From NCBI RefSeq assembly GCF_009914755.1, contig NC_060936.1: a stretch of 64,000 nt of DNA. One strand, given 5' to 3'. Position numbers and translations under genes: made by a program. Under the pieces are notes generated by a model, which worked only from the letters and a program-made list of their open reading frames with translations, made no database searches and was not told where the DNA came from. Origin of the DNA: the human T2T-CHM13v2.0 reference genome, Homo sapiens. This document shows, piece after piece, positions 12,215-27,394 of the stretch; within the stretch, counting starts at the first letter, position 1, and the number at the start of each line of letters is the position of its first letter.

Positions 12215-12745
12215 AAAACAGCTTTATTGAGATATAGTTCACATACCATACACTCACCCCTTTGAAGTGTAAAATTCAGTGGCTGTCAGTATATCCACAG
12301 AATTGTGCAACTGTTACCACAATTTTAGATTATTTTCATTAACCTCCAAAGCCCTGCAGCCCTTAGATGTCACGCCCCAATTATCCTTCCCCTACCCTCT
12401 CTGCCTGGGTAGCAACTACTCTACTTTCTGTCTCTAGAGATTTGCCTGTTCTAGATTTTTCATGTAAATGGGATCTTGCAATATGTGATACTTTGTGACT
12501 GGCTTCTGTCACTTCACATCATGTTTTCAGTGCATATCCACGTGGTGACATGTATAATAATAGTCCACTTGTATTTATTACTGAATCATATTTTATTACT
12601 GCATCGCATTCCCTTGTATGTATACACCACACAGACTCTTTGTCTATTCATCAGTTGATGGGACATTTGGGTTGTTTCTACCATTTGCATATTATGAATA
12701 ATGCTTCTTTAAGGGTTTGTGAACAAGTTTTTGGGTGGATATATA
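12215..12745 (-). mobile_element. L1MB-type 3' end fragment
   Basis: acagctttattgagatatagttcacatacca...gatttgcctgttctaga...ttgatgggacatttgggttgtttc. Confidence 0.85.
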
Positions 12746-12998
12746 GAAAAATAAGCATTCTTGTTCTTTTATAGATAAGTCAGGTTTACAGAGAAACTTG
12801 AATATGAGGAAATTAAAAAGATTTAAATGAAACACATTTTAGATGACCCAGAAGAGTTCCCACTTTAACCAAATTCTTCAATGATTTCCTTTGTATTCCC
12901 TCAAGTTGTATTTAGGTAGATTTGTTTTTCCACTGCCAAGTATTCGGTTTGGCCGGAGGGCTGGGTTTATGCGGTTTCAGAGTGTAGTGAAAACATAG

Positions 12999-13411
<413 letters not shown>

Positions 13412-13582
13412 TGATGCCCCTACATTTAGAGGTGGTAGAAGAAAAGTAATGACAAGATGCAAAGGCTGCAGAACAGTAACACCGCATGAGCAAAGGAGAC
13501 AGCTTCAAAAGGAGGGCCATTCAACAACGTCACATTCTTCATCTCATAAAACTCAAGGATTCTGCGGGCTGAGAGAACTTAC

Positions 13583-13723
13583 GTATTCACAAGGGATGTT
13601 CAAGAAAGCAGCTTGAACTGAGTGGGTGGGAGGAAGGAGAAGCAATGAGTGCTGACTCCTCTTCATGCCAAGATAGCAACTTGGGAGTGTCTTCAACATT
13701 TTGAAGCTAGGAAGGGGGACAAT
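13583..13723 (-). other. Candidate spliced exon (141 bp), probably non-coding
   Basis: Minus strand: ctccttttctcatgtcttcAG| acceptor and TAC|GTAAGT donor; alternative acceptor at 13706. Confidence 0.3.
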
Positions 13724-15023
13724 CTGAAGACATGAGAAAAGGAGCAACCATCATGGATGGTGGGGTTGTGGGGAGGAATAGAGAAAGGAACACAGGTGGA
13801 AGTGCAGTCTTACAAAAATAAGACAATTTGTTCTCCCAATAAAGAGCAACAGAAGAGGGACTCAAAAACAGGGACACTTTGAGGCAGAGTAAAGGTAAAA
13901 TGCAATTATTCAGTTTGAGTAACCTCAATATTTTTAGTTAAAACTAAGAGTGATTCTTTCTGGTACTACATGTATGTATATGGCAACAGGAGGTATATAT
14001 ACCAAACATATATCAATATGCTAGACAATACTTGGGAGGTACCAAAAGCCCACAAAAGATGAATTGATAAGAGTCCTAAACCGAATTCTATTTATTATTA
14101 GTGTTTTTTTGGGGGGGACATTGTGAAAATCCCATGCACCTCAAATTTGTGATTTTGATTCATTACTAGTTGGAAGCTCCATTGAGGGTTAGGGAAAGTA
14201 GAAAGCAGGCAGTGGGGTACTCACTAGAGTCAGAGGGCTACTGTGACAGTTACAAGGACAGGTGTGACCCTTCATGGGGGACACCATATGTGCTACTCAA
14301 TGGCCAGGTAAGATAAGAGATGGACTTAGAGGTTGCGAACACAAAGAAATGTTGAGGCCAGAGATTTGGACAGTTGGAAAGAGCGTGGTAAAAAGCAGAG
14401 ATGATGGAGTGAGGAGGAGAAACACAGGTGCTTCGGGAAGGAAAGAAGGAAAAACAAAGTTAGGGCCTGAAGGAGGAAAAATGAGCACAGAGAAGTTGAG
14501 AGGGTGAAGATATTAATCATAACCCTTTTAAAGATCCAGGTCAATAGGAGAGAGGGTGGTGGAAAGGAAGAAACAGGAGAGATAGGGGGTGAAAGTCAAA
14601 GAGGAGCATTTCCATATTTAGTCATTAAGGAAGAGAAGACCTCAGTAAAGAAGAGGTCAGTGCCTTGGCCATGCTGGTGAGTGCTTGAAATGGAAGAGAT
14701 GAAAGGCCATAGCGTGCAGAGTGTAGAGGAACTGAGGGACCAGGACTGGTAGCTACTAAGGATGACAGAATAAGATAGAGAGCAACAGAAAACTATGGCC
14801 CTGATGCTCAAGTCTGTGAGGATAAAAGGAGAAAGTTCAGGACACTGTGAGATGGCACTGATAAGGACTGTGACTGCTATGAGATGCTGGAATAATCTTC
14901 AAAAATGCAGGAAAAAACCCTAGAAAGGGCAGGTGTGACTTGGACGAGGAGGGGAGAGGAACATAATGGGAGTGAGATGAAGAATAAAGACGACTGGAGG
15001 CAACCTGGATATTCACGTGTCAC

Positions 15024-15049
15024 TGTGTGTGTGTGTGTGTGTGTGTGTG
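15024..15049. repeat. (TG)13 microsatellite
   Basis: Direct reading. Confidence 0.97.
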
Positions 15050-15721
15050 CACAGAACTTGCCAATCCCAGAGTTCTAATTAGAATGTTGGCATGACAATG
15101 TGGTCATATCCATTGGGTCTGGAATTTTGGATTCTTTTGAGTCTTCAGGAAGACAGCAGGGAAGAAGAGATCTGCTGTCTTGTTTCCAAGCTTCCTTTTT
15201 TGAAATGAAAAGGTTGTATGGCTTGTTCCAAAGACAAAAAGAAAAATACTCCCCCAAATACTTAAACTGATTTCAAAAATAATGGTTGTCATTTTTTTCT
15301 TGATCCTTCATTCTCGTTAAAATCAATTTGCTAAAGAATCAGATTAAAGAAGCATTAAATATATTGCATTATCAAATCAGTCTTCTATACTTCTTGATTA
15401 ATTAACTGCTACATTTTCTTCTGAATTTTTTCTAAGGTTTATTACAACTACCACCTTTTATATAACAAAAAGATTGTTTTTCTTTCATCTTTGGTTTCAA
15501 AAATAAACCTTAACAAATATTTTACCCGAGTATCCATAGGAATGATTTTCTCATGTCCCAAATTTAAAAATTCTATTACATTTTCCTGGCCTTTATGGAC
15601 TTCTGCTTAGCCATACACAATAATTTTAATTTTGCCTATTTTCAGGAAAAGATTATTTTGCTATAGATTTATTTATAAACAAAGCCAACAGTGATTAATG
15701 TAAAGTAAGAATATCAACATG

Positions 15722-15925
15722 TGGACGTAAGGATGGAAACAGTAGACACTGGAGCCTCCACAAAGGGGAGGGAGGTAGGAAGGCAAGGGTTAAAAACCTA
15801 CCTAGTGGGTGCTATGCTATTTGGGTGAGGGGTTCACTAGAAGCCTAAACCCCAGCATCACCCAGTATATGCACAAAACAAACCTGCGCATGTATCCCCT
15901 GAATCTAAAATTAAATTAAAAAAAG
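15722..15925 (+). mobile_element. Very short L1PA15/16-like 3' end
   Basis: agacactgg...ggcaagggttaaaaacctacc...aaacctgcgcatgtatcccctgaatctaaaa; perfect 13-bp TSD gaatatcaacatg at 15709-15721 and 15926-15938. Confidence 0.9.
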
Positions 15926-16889
15926 GAATATCAACATGAAACCTATTCTTTATCAGTCTGGGACTATGTTGTACAGAATCTTAGCAGACTACCTTCTAGG
16001 TTCATGGACGAACCCAAATGTCTGTGGAAGAAGTTAAAGTGTTTGGATAATATTCAGAGTTCAGTTACTGTGAAAATATTCAGACCTAGTAAATTGCCGT
16101 GTGGTTCCAAGGACCCAGTGAAATGTGCCCCCAGAGCTCCAGATTTTTTCCATAGGAATGGAATGTTCTGATAGGCCCTCATCTTTAGAGTTTCTAGGCT
16201 GGTCAAAGCCTCACATTTATTTCCATAAATGTCATTAATCTTGGACTCTGGGAAGTATTCTAGCCTCAAGGTGGCTGCAGGGAAACCGCAGAGCATGATG
16301 GTGAAACAGAGCTCAGAGTGAACAGATCTTGGTTCTATTCTCACATCTTCTTTCTGGGACCTCAGTGCACAATTTCCTTACTTATAAAAGAAAAACAGGC
16401 ACAGTCCTGTACCTTGTGGGGGTGTCCAAATCTAATCTAAACTGCTTACATCCAGGAGCTAACTTTAATTCTTAGAATAAACATGAGGGTTCAGTTATTT
16501 TTTTAAAAAAAAGGACAATAATTTTACAGGACACAATTTAAAAAGTAAGCAGCATTCTGTTGTGAGGTACAGGAATAAAAAAAGCCAAAAGAGAATCAAG
16601 TCAAAAATCAATTTAAGATATAGTCATTGCTTTCAGACTGTGATCTACTGCTACTTAGAAGGAAATATATCTTTAAAAAAGGTGGAAAGAAAGCTCAGCA
16701 TTATTTAAATGTTGTTTAGCCCTGCCTGTTTTCTGGGTCACCTCTCGCTGCCATTCAGAGGTGGTGGCTTGGGGAAATATAAATGAAATTCAATACCTCC
16801 TTCAGGAAGACACAGTTTGAAGGATGCTTTCTTCCAAAGAGGAAAACACAAATCATTCAATTTAAATACAATTTTTGGATGGGAAAGCT

Positions 16890-17130
16890 ACTTGGGCAGC
16901 ATGGATCATGGAATGTGAACAGGACGAGGAGTCCAAGGGCAGTGATTCCATCCTGGTCTGCCACAATCTGCACCAAGGTCACATGAGATCTCTAAGTCTT
17001 GGTTTCTGAAACTGTAAAATGGGGAGAAGGATGATAATAATTGCTATGACTGAAGTTACCCTAACTCTTAAATAAGGTAAAAGACATGAAATAACTCTGG
17101 AAAGCAGAAAGTATTACATCCATCTTAACT
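16890..17130 (+). mobile_element. MIR fragment
   Basis: tctctaagtcttggtttctgaaactgtaaaatgggga MIR core. Confidence 0.55.
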
Positions 17131-18451
17131 ATTATAACCATTCTAATCAACTGGATTAAATTCTACACTGAAATGTACCCATTCTACTTAAAAAGCAAAA
17201 CCAAACCAAACAAACAACAAAACCAACCAGACTGTAAACCAGGTGACCATCCAGGTCCTGTCACCAATTAGTTGTGTGAGTTTATACCAGTCGTTTATTC
17301 TCTCAGGGCCTCGGTTTCTCTTACAGGATCATTCTCACAGACTGGCAAGATCCTCATGACATACAGACCAATCCACACTTTGAAAACAACAAAGTGCTAT
17401 GTAGCAGGGATAGTCATCAAATTGACTTTACCAAAATAGAATTAGAAAAAAAAAAATTCCTATGTTTTGTTTGAACTGCTTTTTATTGTCAAAAGGAGAC
17501 ATTTTCACCATCCAAAATATGATATTTTTCTAAGTTGGACTCACGTGTATTAATACAAGAAAACAGTTACTGGCAATTTGTGTTAATTGAAAAAGAAAGA
17601 GCATAGTATCGATCTCTTGCTTAGGTCTTGGCAAAATGAAATTTAAAAGAATCTCTGCCATCCTTCTCCTGTACAGCCACACTCAGCACAGTGTTATATC
17701 ATCACTGCAGGGGCTCTTTCCTAAGAATGAGATGGCACTTTGTAGCCAGGCCATTAAACCTGGCTTTTTTTGAAAAGAATTAGCCAAGAAAAAAAATGCA
17801 CATTTACATGGTACTTGAAATCAATTTTTTCATTATATTATGTGATCCGGGGACCCAAATAGGCATGAGAAGAAAATTTTCCAGCCTTCTTGTTACTTGG
17901 GCTTTAAGTAAAACATATTGAGAAATAGCTATAACTTTAAAAAATAAGCCCTAAGAACTACAGATGAAGAAATAAATGGCCATAAAACCTAAAAGCAGTA
18001 GAGTAAAATAATAAACACCATATAATCTTACAATCTAAATAAATGCTAAAATTGCTGCACTCATGTTTTTCATCTGCTGATTTCCTTTTATTCTATGAAG
18101 GAGGTTTCTGGTGCTGAAATGGCATTTCTGTCTCAGTATGCATTTCTTCATCCATCCTCAGTGTTCATCCTTCTCAATTTCTATCAAATAGTACCGAGTT
18201 TTCAACTTCAGTTTTTTAAAAAAATTACTGATTTGTATTGCTTAAATCTTCTTTAATAGTATAGTAATGGGATTTTTCAGTGTGTGTTGCATCCCCTTCA
18301 TTTTGTATTGCATCAGGAGAGCTGAGGCCATTTTTGAACTTAAAACTTACTTCACATCCATGATAAATGTTATTGTCATGCACGATAGTAAAATTATTTC
18401 ATAATTAGCCAACAGCAATGTTTCCACTTAACAGGATTAAAGAAAAACGTG

Positions 18452-18487
18452 AACACGCACACACACACAGACACACACACAAACACA
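18452..18487. repeat. Imperfect (CA)n
   Basis: Direct reading. Confidence 0.9.
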
Positions 18488-19691
18488 TTAGTAAAAAGCA
18501 CATGCCTCTCTGTGAATATGATCCCAAGATTCAGGGAGTAATCCAGCAGGTGGAGAAGATGCATTTATACTGCCATAACCAAGGCAATTTTGTCAATTCC
18601 ATTATGGAGAGGCTGGAAGAGCACAAACAACCCATTAAGCTTACGGGGGATCTGGTGAGAGCCCTTGACAAAACATTAATGAAAGACAAAATTGAAGGTA
18701 AACACAATAATTAACGCCAATGCATACTGAGCTAGGCAACCATGACCTTATAGGAATGGACTGGGATAAGATTATATCTGCTTAGAATAATGACAATTTT
18801 TAGAATAATTATTCATTCTGATGGGATAAAAGCATTTATAGGCTAAAAATAAAAACCAATTTTATTGCCTTACCAATATTAGTTTATTAAATTTCAAATT
18901 TTAAAAGAGAACCCTTTAAAGTTTTTTATTTTTGTTTCTGAAGCTTTAAACTCAAAATACATTTTAGAGAACACTTTATTGTTACTTTTAGTTTTCTACT
19001 GTGTAGATAAAGCAGGATATTACAGTTAGCATGGTATGTGATAACTGAATTTCTAATGAGTTATTTCAATTCAGTTAAAAACAATCATCGATGTATCTAT
19101 TAAATACAATTGATAATTAAATCATCAATTATCTGTTAAATAACTCATCTATTGAATGGATTATTTGAATGCAGTTAAGAGCAATCACCAATTATCTATT
19201 AAATACCAGGGATCCCTGGGCAAGTACTGGAGGATATGCAAAAATGAAGAAGCATATTTCTTTTCCCCTAGAAGTCTGTAAATACAGAAATAATTTCATT
19301 ATTTGTGTGAATTCTCAGTTTCTCATGAGGCATATATAAATATATAAATAATCCATTACTTTTTTTATTCCCACCATTTTGTTAATGTTTCTGTCTTTTT
19401 GTAGTAGTTGTTTTCATTCTGACTAGGTTACAAGTTAAATATCATTACTGTTACTATTATCACTAACAACATCACCCACACACCTAAGGTTTATATTGAT
19501 AAATATATAAGATTCAAGACTCCAATCTAACCCATTCTGCAATGACGTAACTGCATTATCAACTCATAAACATGGCAGTAAGCAAAAACCAAAACTCTAT
19601 CCCTAAAGGCAAAGTTATCACTTATGATCTCAGCTCACTTGTTTGTTACTCATAACATAAGCTGAGTATGATAACTGAATTATAATCCTGA

Positions 19692-19963
19692 ACGATTCTC
19701 CCAAATTATATCCCTTGGAACACTTGTTTTGAGAAATACTTTTCCCCCAAAAGCATTCCTTGGGCAATGCTGTATTCATCTTTTCTTCTTAAAAAGTTTC
19801 ACATGGCTACTACAATAAAGAAATCTATTTATCTTTGTTTAACCCGCCATTTTCTAAATTTCTCTGACCAATGGACTTTGCATTTCCACCTCACTCACTT
19901 AAGAACAGCCATGGACAACCCTCAGAAGTAGTATTTTCAGGAAGCCATGTTAAGAAATGTTGA
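19692..19963 (+). mobile_element. MER103C-like hAT-Charlie MITE
   Basis: caataaagaaatctatttatctttgtttaaccc...tgacca matches the MER103C internal segment; degenerate inverted ends (ggaacact... / ...agtattttcaggaa). Confidence 0.6.
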
Positions 19964-21570
19964 CTGAGAAGAGAAAGAATTAATTCAGATGGATATTACA
20001 GTCCCCAAAGCTTGAAAACTCTAATTATTCTGCCTGAAGAAGAGACTGTGACACCATAATTAAAACTGTTGAAATTACAGCGCCCTTGACATTCCATTTC
20101 CTTAAAGATACTTCCAAGATGTAAAATGTACCTAGCTGAAGGACACTGACAATATCTCTTTCTCTGTTGTGCCCATTGTTCAGGACACTTGTATGGTGGG
20201 AACAAAAAAAAAAGTGAAAATGTTAAGCCATTTGATTGTACATCAAGCTTTAAGGTAGGCACATTTGCTTTTTCTTTTGTCTCTCCATATTCCACTATCA
20301 AAATCAAACAATGGTGAGTTTCATCTCAACAAGAAAATTGTTGACATAAAGTATTAAAATAAGTAACCATCCAATCATGTATGATTTGGAACTACTAGGC
20401 AAAAGCTACCAGCATTAAATACATTTCAAGTTCTTGCATTAGAATATCCTTCTTGCCTCAGGGGCTGAGTTCTGGGCCTGGTGGGGCTGCTGACCACTAC
20501 TCATGTAGTGCTATTTGTACAAGATGGCAGAAGTTCCTTGGGTAAAGAAACTACATTACTCAGAGAGAAAAATGTACACAATGTCTGCCAAAACGATTCT
20601 TAACTTTTGATTTTCTTTTCTGTTTTATTTCACTTCTCCTTTCTGCCACTGGACTCTGCCTGGAATGATATATTTTTAGAGCACTGAAATCCTACTAAAA
20701 CACTTTTAAAAACACTTAAGCGATGCACAATTATGTGGGTAAAAAAAAAATCCAATAGGTCAACATTCCCATTGTTTAGAAGCAGCTGCAAAGGAGGACA
20801 GGCTGTACGTCCACCGGTACACCATGTTTGCAGGAGTTGAGGAAGCAAAGGAATTTGCTTACTTCCTTAACTCAAAACTAAAAAGAAGCCAAATCAGCAC
20901 CATTATATGACTTAGCTGTTTTTGCTGCATTTAGAGTAGATGTAGCTGGCATTTAGTAAGTTCCTCCCATCTCTGTCACCCACCATACTAGAAATAAGCT
21001 TATGAGGCTAGCTTTTAACGCAGAAATCTAAGATAATGCCTAAGTCATAAAAACAAGATCAGTCCTTGTCAAGTTCCTAGACAATTAAATGCCATACTTC
21101 CCCTGACACACACTTCTGCCCCATCTAAGATGAATTTAATTTGGGGGCAGAAGGAGTTTCTATTAAAAAGCCAAAGAAGACAAGCTGCATGAGCTTAAAA
21201 GGACTACACAAGAGCTTAGGAAGCTGTTTTGGGAGACATAGGAGAGGCAGCCAGACAAAGAAAACACATTGAGCCTTAGAAAGGCTCACTGCTTCTCTCT
21301 GGACATCTTTAATTGGCAAAGAAAGCTCAAGGGCCTTTTTATCCCTCCAACCACACTGTAGGAAGTAACTAAGGGATAGCAAATTTCAGGTGCCATCTCT
21401 GAGAGGCAGCTAGTGGATATCATAGCTATGGCTACAGCACAAAATACTCTTGTGCTAACCCACTCTGGCCTTGCCCTAGAAACTCTCCTGGACAGTTTGT
21501 GTTTAAGAATTCCTTTAGTGCTTCTTGGCCATAGTTATGACTACAGTGCAGCCAGGACTGTAATTCAAAG

Positions 21571-21604
21571 TTTGATTGATTGATTCATTGATTGATTGAC
21601 TGAT
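21571..21604. repeat. (TTGA)n tetranucleotide tract
   Basis: tttgattgattgattcattgattgattgactgat. Confidence 0.9.
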
Positions 21605-23079
21605 GTATGCTAAATTCAGCTGTCTGGCCACTGACAGATTCAAGGAGTATCCAGGAAACGCGGTGAGTTAATCCCCATGCTGGTTGTTTCCTTCAGATGC
21701 ACAGTAATAGAAAGCATCCCTGGGACTCTTTCCTCTTTCATCATAGAAGAGCACAGAAGGCCTTTCATATATCCTGAGCTCAAAGACTGACTGCAGCTGC
21801 AGAATCATGAGGCTTACAAGGAGAGGACTCCAGCATGGCCATAGTTAAAGCAGGAACTTTGCTTTAACAATTAGCCCTGACCTATTAAAAGTGGGACTGC
21901 TAGTATTTATAGCAACTTCCTGATTCTATTACCATGCACAGCCCTCCATCTGAATAATGTGCAGATATTTTTTATTCCTGGTAATGGTAAGGGTCTGGAA
22001 GCAATAGCCTCTCTCACTAGGTATCTGATTAGGTGAAAATTCCTTTGGGTTTTATGTGATCATCGTGGTGGCATTGCATTAGTTATGAAACAAAGCCTAA
22101 CTTCATTTGAAGAATTCTTCAATAATCAGGTTAAAAAATTACTTTTAATTTTGATTTTCTATAAAATATATATATTTTTAAAACAGCCACCTTTTAAATG
22201 TACTGTAGACCCATGCAGACACAAAACACACTTTGTGTATTTATCCTTTAACTAAGCCTTTGAATTAGATCGGGGCTTGAGGTCTTCAGAAGTGTCAAGG
22301 GGGTATTTTCTATAAAAACGATGAATAATTCAAGAGATGTCTGTCAGAATAAATTTAAGTTCATCTTGATTTTGACTGCCACAGGTATGTCACACAAAAT
22401 CCTGCTGGTAATTATCCCCTATCCCATCTTTAGGAAAAAAAACAAAGTGTTTCATCTATATAACTCAACGAATGCTTCACTGAACTGAAACAGAATAGTG
22501 ATTTTTAAGCTCTCTTTTGAAGACCATTGTGAACAGCCACTGTGTAGTTTACTTTTCACCGTCCTAATCAACATTTTTATTGTTTATTGTGACTCTCTTA
22601 CTATTGCTTTTCCATTTTTTTCCTGCGAATTAAGATTTTAAAATTAATTATAAGATACTGTGTTTGATGTTTTAAGGAGTCTTGCAGTGGAACAAAGTTT
22701 ATTTTCATTTAAAAGCCACAATAAATATAGAAACATAATTGAGTGGCTGAAGGAAAAGGAATAAGTTAGGAGTCATAGAAATAATCTCTAATCCACTGAG
22801 AATTTTAATCTTTTAAATTAAAGCATTAGAAAACTTAAAGGCTTAATATACACAACTCCGGTAATTTAAGGTGCTCTTTATTTGTACCTAGTACCATTTC
22901 CTTAATCACAACTAGTAAAATTAGCAGGCAAGGGCACTGTTATGCCCTTCTATCCTAGCCACAGTCTCTGTGACGTATGAATAGGACATAATTCTTGGGA
23001 GGGAGGAGGTGCCTAAGGGAAAAACGAAAGGAAGGAAACACAACAACAAAATAAGTCCAAATAAACTATGACAATAGGG

Positions 23080-23225
23080 CTGATACTTTATATTTGTATT
23101 ATATTTTACAGTTTATGAAGTGTTTTTCCATTCATTCAATTATTTAGTCTTCACTATTCTTTAAAATTATTATTGTCCCTACCTTACAGGTGAGGAAACC
23201 ATAGCTGGAAGAAATTAAGTAAACT
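23080..23225 (-). mobile_element. MIR fragment
   Basis: attattattgtccctaccttacaggtgaggaaacc...aattaagtaa. Confidence 0.6.
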
Positions 23226-23541
23226 ATATATCATTTAAAAATACATAAATTATTATTTTACTCATATTACTAAGAACTAGTGTTCTTTAAAGAAAGTATA
23301 AGGAGGATAGTGTCTCTAGTAAATCTATGAGTTTTTCAAAAAGATGATTCAGTTAAACTTTCAGGGATAATAGCCCACTAAGGGGATGATAAATACATAG
23401 CTACTAATTAAATCTTCCACTGGGATAATTACTTAACTTCATTTCATTGGCCAATGTATTCAGCTTTTAGGGGCCAGTTCTCAGAGACAGAAGTGAAATA
23501 AACTCACATTTCAAGAAACTGGGCTACTGAAATCTCATTTC

Positions 23542-23934
23542 TGACATAGTATGAATTTCTGTCCCTGCCCAAATCTCATGTCCAATTGTCATCCCCAGTG
23601 TTGGAAGAGGGGCCTGGTGGGAGGTGACTTAATTATGAGAACAGACTTCCTCCTTCCTATTCTCATGATAATGAGTGAGTTCTCAGGAGATCTGGTTGTT
23701 GTAAAAGCCTGTGGCACCCCCAATCCCCTCGGCCTCTTCCTCCTGCTCTAGCCATGTAGGACATGCCGGCTTCCCCTTCGCCTTCTGCCACGATTGAAAA
23801 TTTCCTGACGTCTCCCCAGCTATGCTTCCTATACAGTACAGCTTACGGAATTATGAGCCAGTTAAACCTCTTTTCATTATAAATGACCCAGTCTCAGGTA
23901 GTTCTTTACAGCAGTGTGAGAATGGACTAATACA
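23542..23934 (+). mobile_element. MSTA-like MaLR solo LTR
   Basis: TG...CA termini (tgacatagt...ggactaataca); perfect 5-bp TSD atttc at 23537-23541 and 23935-23939. Confidence 0.92.
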
Positions 23935-24975
23935 ATTTCTTCAGTAGGAGATTTGTTTCCTATTATACAACATGAATATTACATCCCTGAAAAATATGGC
24001 ATTATGGAAAGCCAGTTCAGAATAGATGACATTAAGAAAGTGTATAAAACTTGGCTTTCTACATCTTATAGAAAATTGTAAATAAAAATACATATTCATT
24101 CAGCTCTATTATTCTTAATGTCAACCAAAAGTCCACAGGCTGAGGTCAGAAAACAATACAGTGGGACTATAATCCAGACAATAAACAAAGATTACTTATT
24201 GATGAAACCTATATAATTAAAGTTTAATTATATATTTGATTTCAGTCATTTTCTTTAGATTTTCAAATAATCTTTTCAAAACCCAAAGAGTTTGGTCATT
24301 TTTTATTATTTCAGCAACTTTCTTACTCCTGTTTGCAATTTCCTTTCTGAGTGTACACACCATGATTTGTCTGATTGCCAATCTTACACATTAATTTATT
24401 CAAGGTTAACTATGCTTAAAATAAGATATTTATTTACTATTTCATATTGAAAAAAATCAAAGGGAAAATATGACTAGTCTGTGATCTTAAACTGAACCTT
24501 GTTCCCGCCATAACATTTGAATTATCAAGTCAATAAATCTCCCTTTGATAAAAGTAGGTAATCTTAATGGCCTGCCTCTTAATCATTATTAATAATTCAG
24601 ATAGTCACTTTCTGCTATAATTGTACTCCTTCTTGGTCCATAATAGACAGATCCAAGAAAATTCTTAGGTGATTTAGGAAAGTGTGACACATTCTCAAAT
24701 GAGAGGTCGGTCCACTAAATAACCTGACCTCACACAATGAGTTAATACAGATGACTTCTAGGAATGACCTAGAAGGACTCTGTCCTGTTTATTTTCCAAG
24801 ACAACTTACACTTAGACCATTGCTGTCTGTTTCCCTCCAGGGAATGAATTTTGATAAATAACTGAATTGGCCTGATAGCTGAGGGGTTAACTAAGTACCA
24901 GTGGGTAGGAGAATTATTGAATGAAATTCTATTTTTAAATTGTACTTCTCTGCTCTTTTAAATGAAAAATAGTGA

Positions 24976-27394
<2,419 letters not shown>

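Noticed and set aside
19460-19690. C/A-rich stretch suggestive of a mitochondrial insertion
   Set aside because: I could not match it to any mitochondrial gene or tRNA; compositional similarity only
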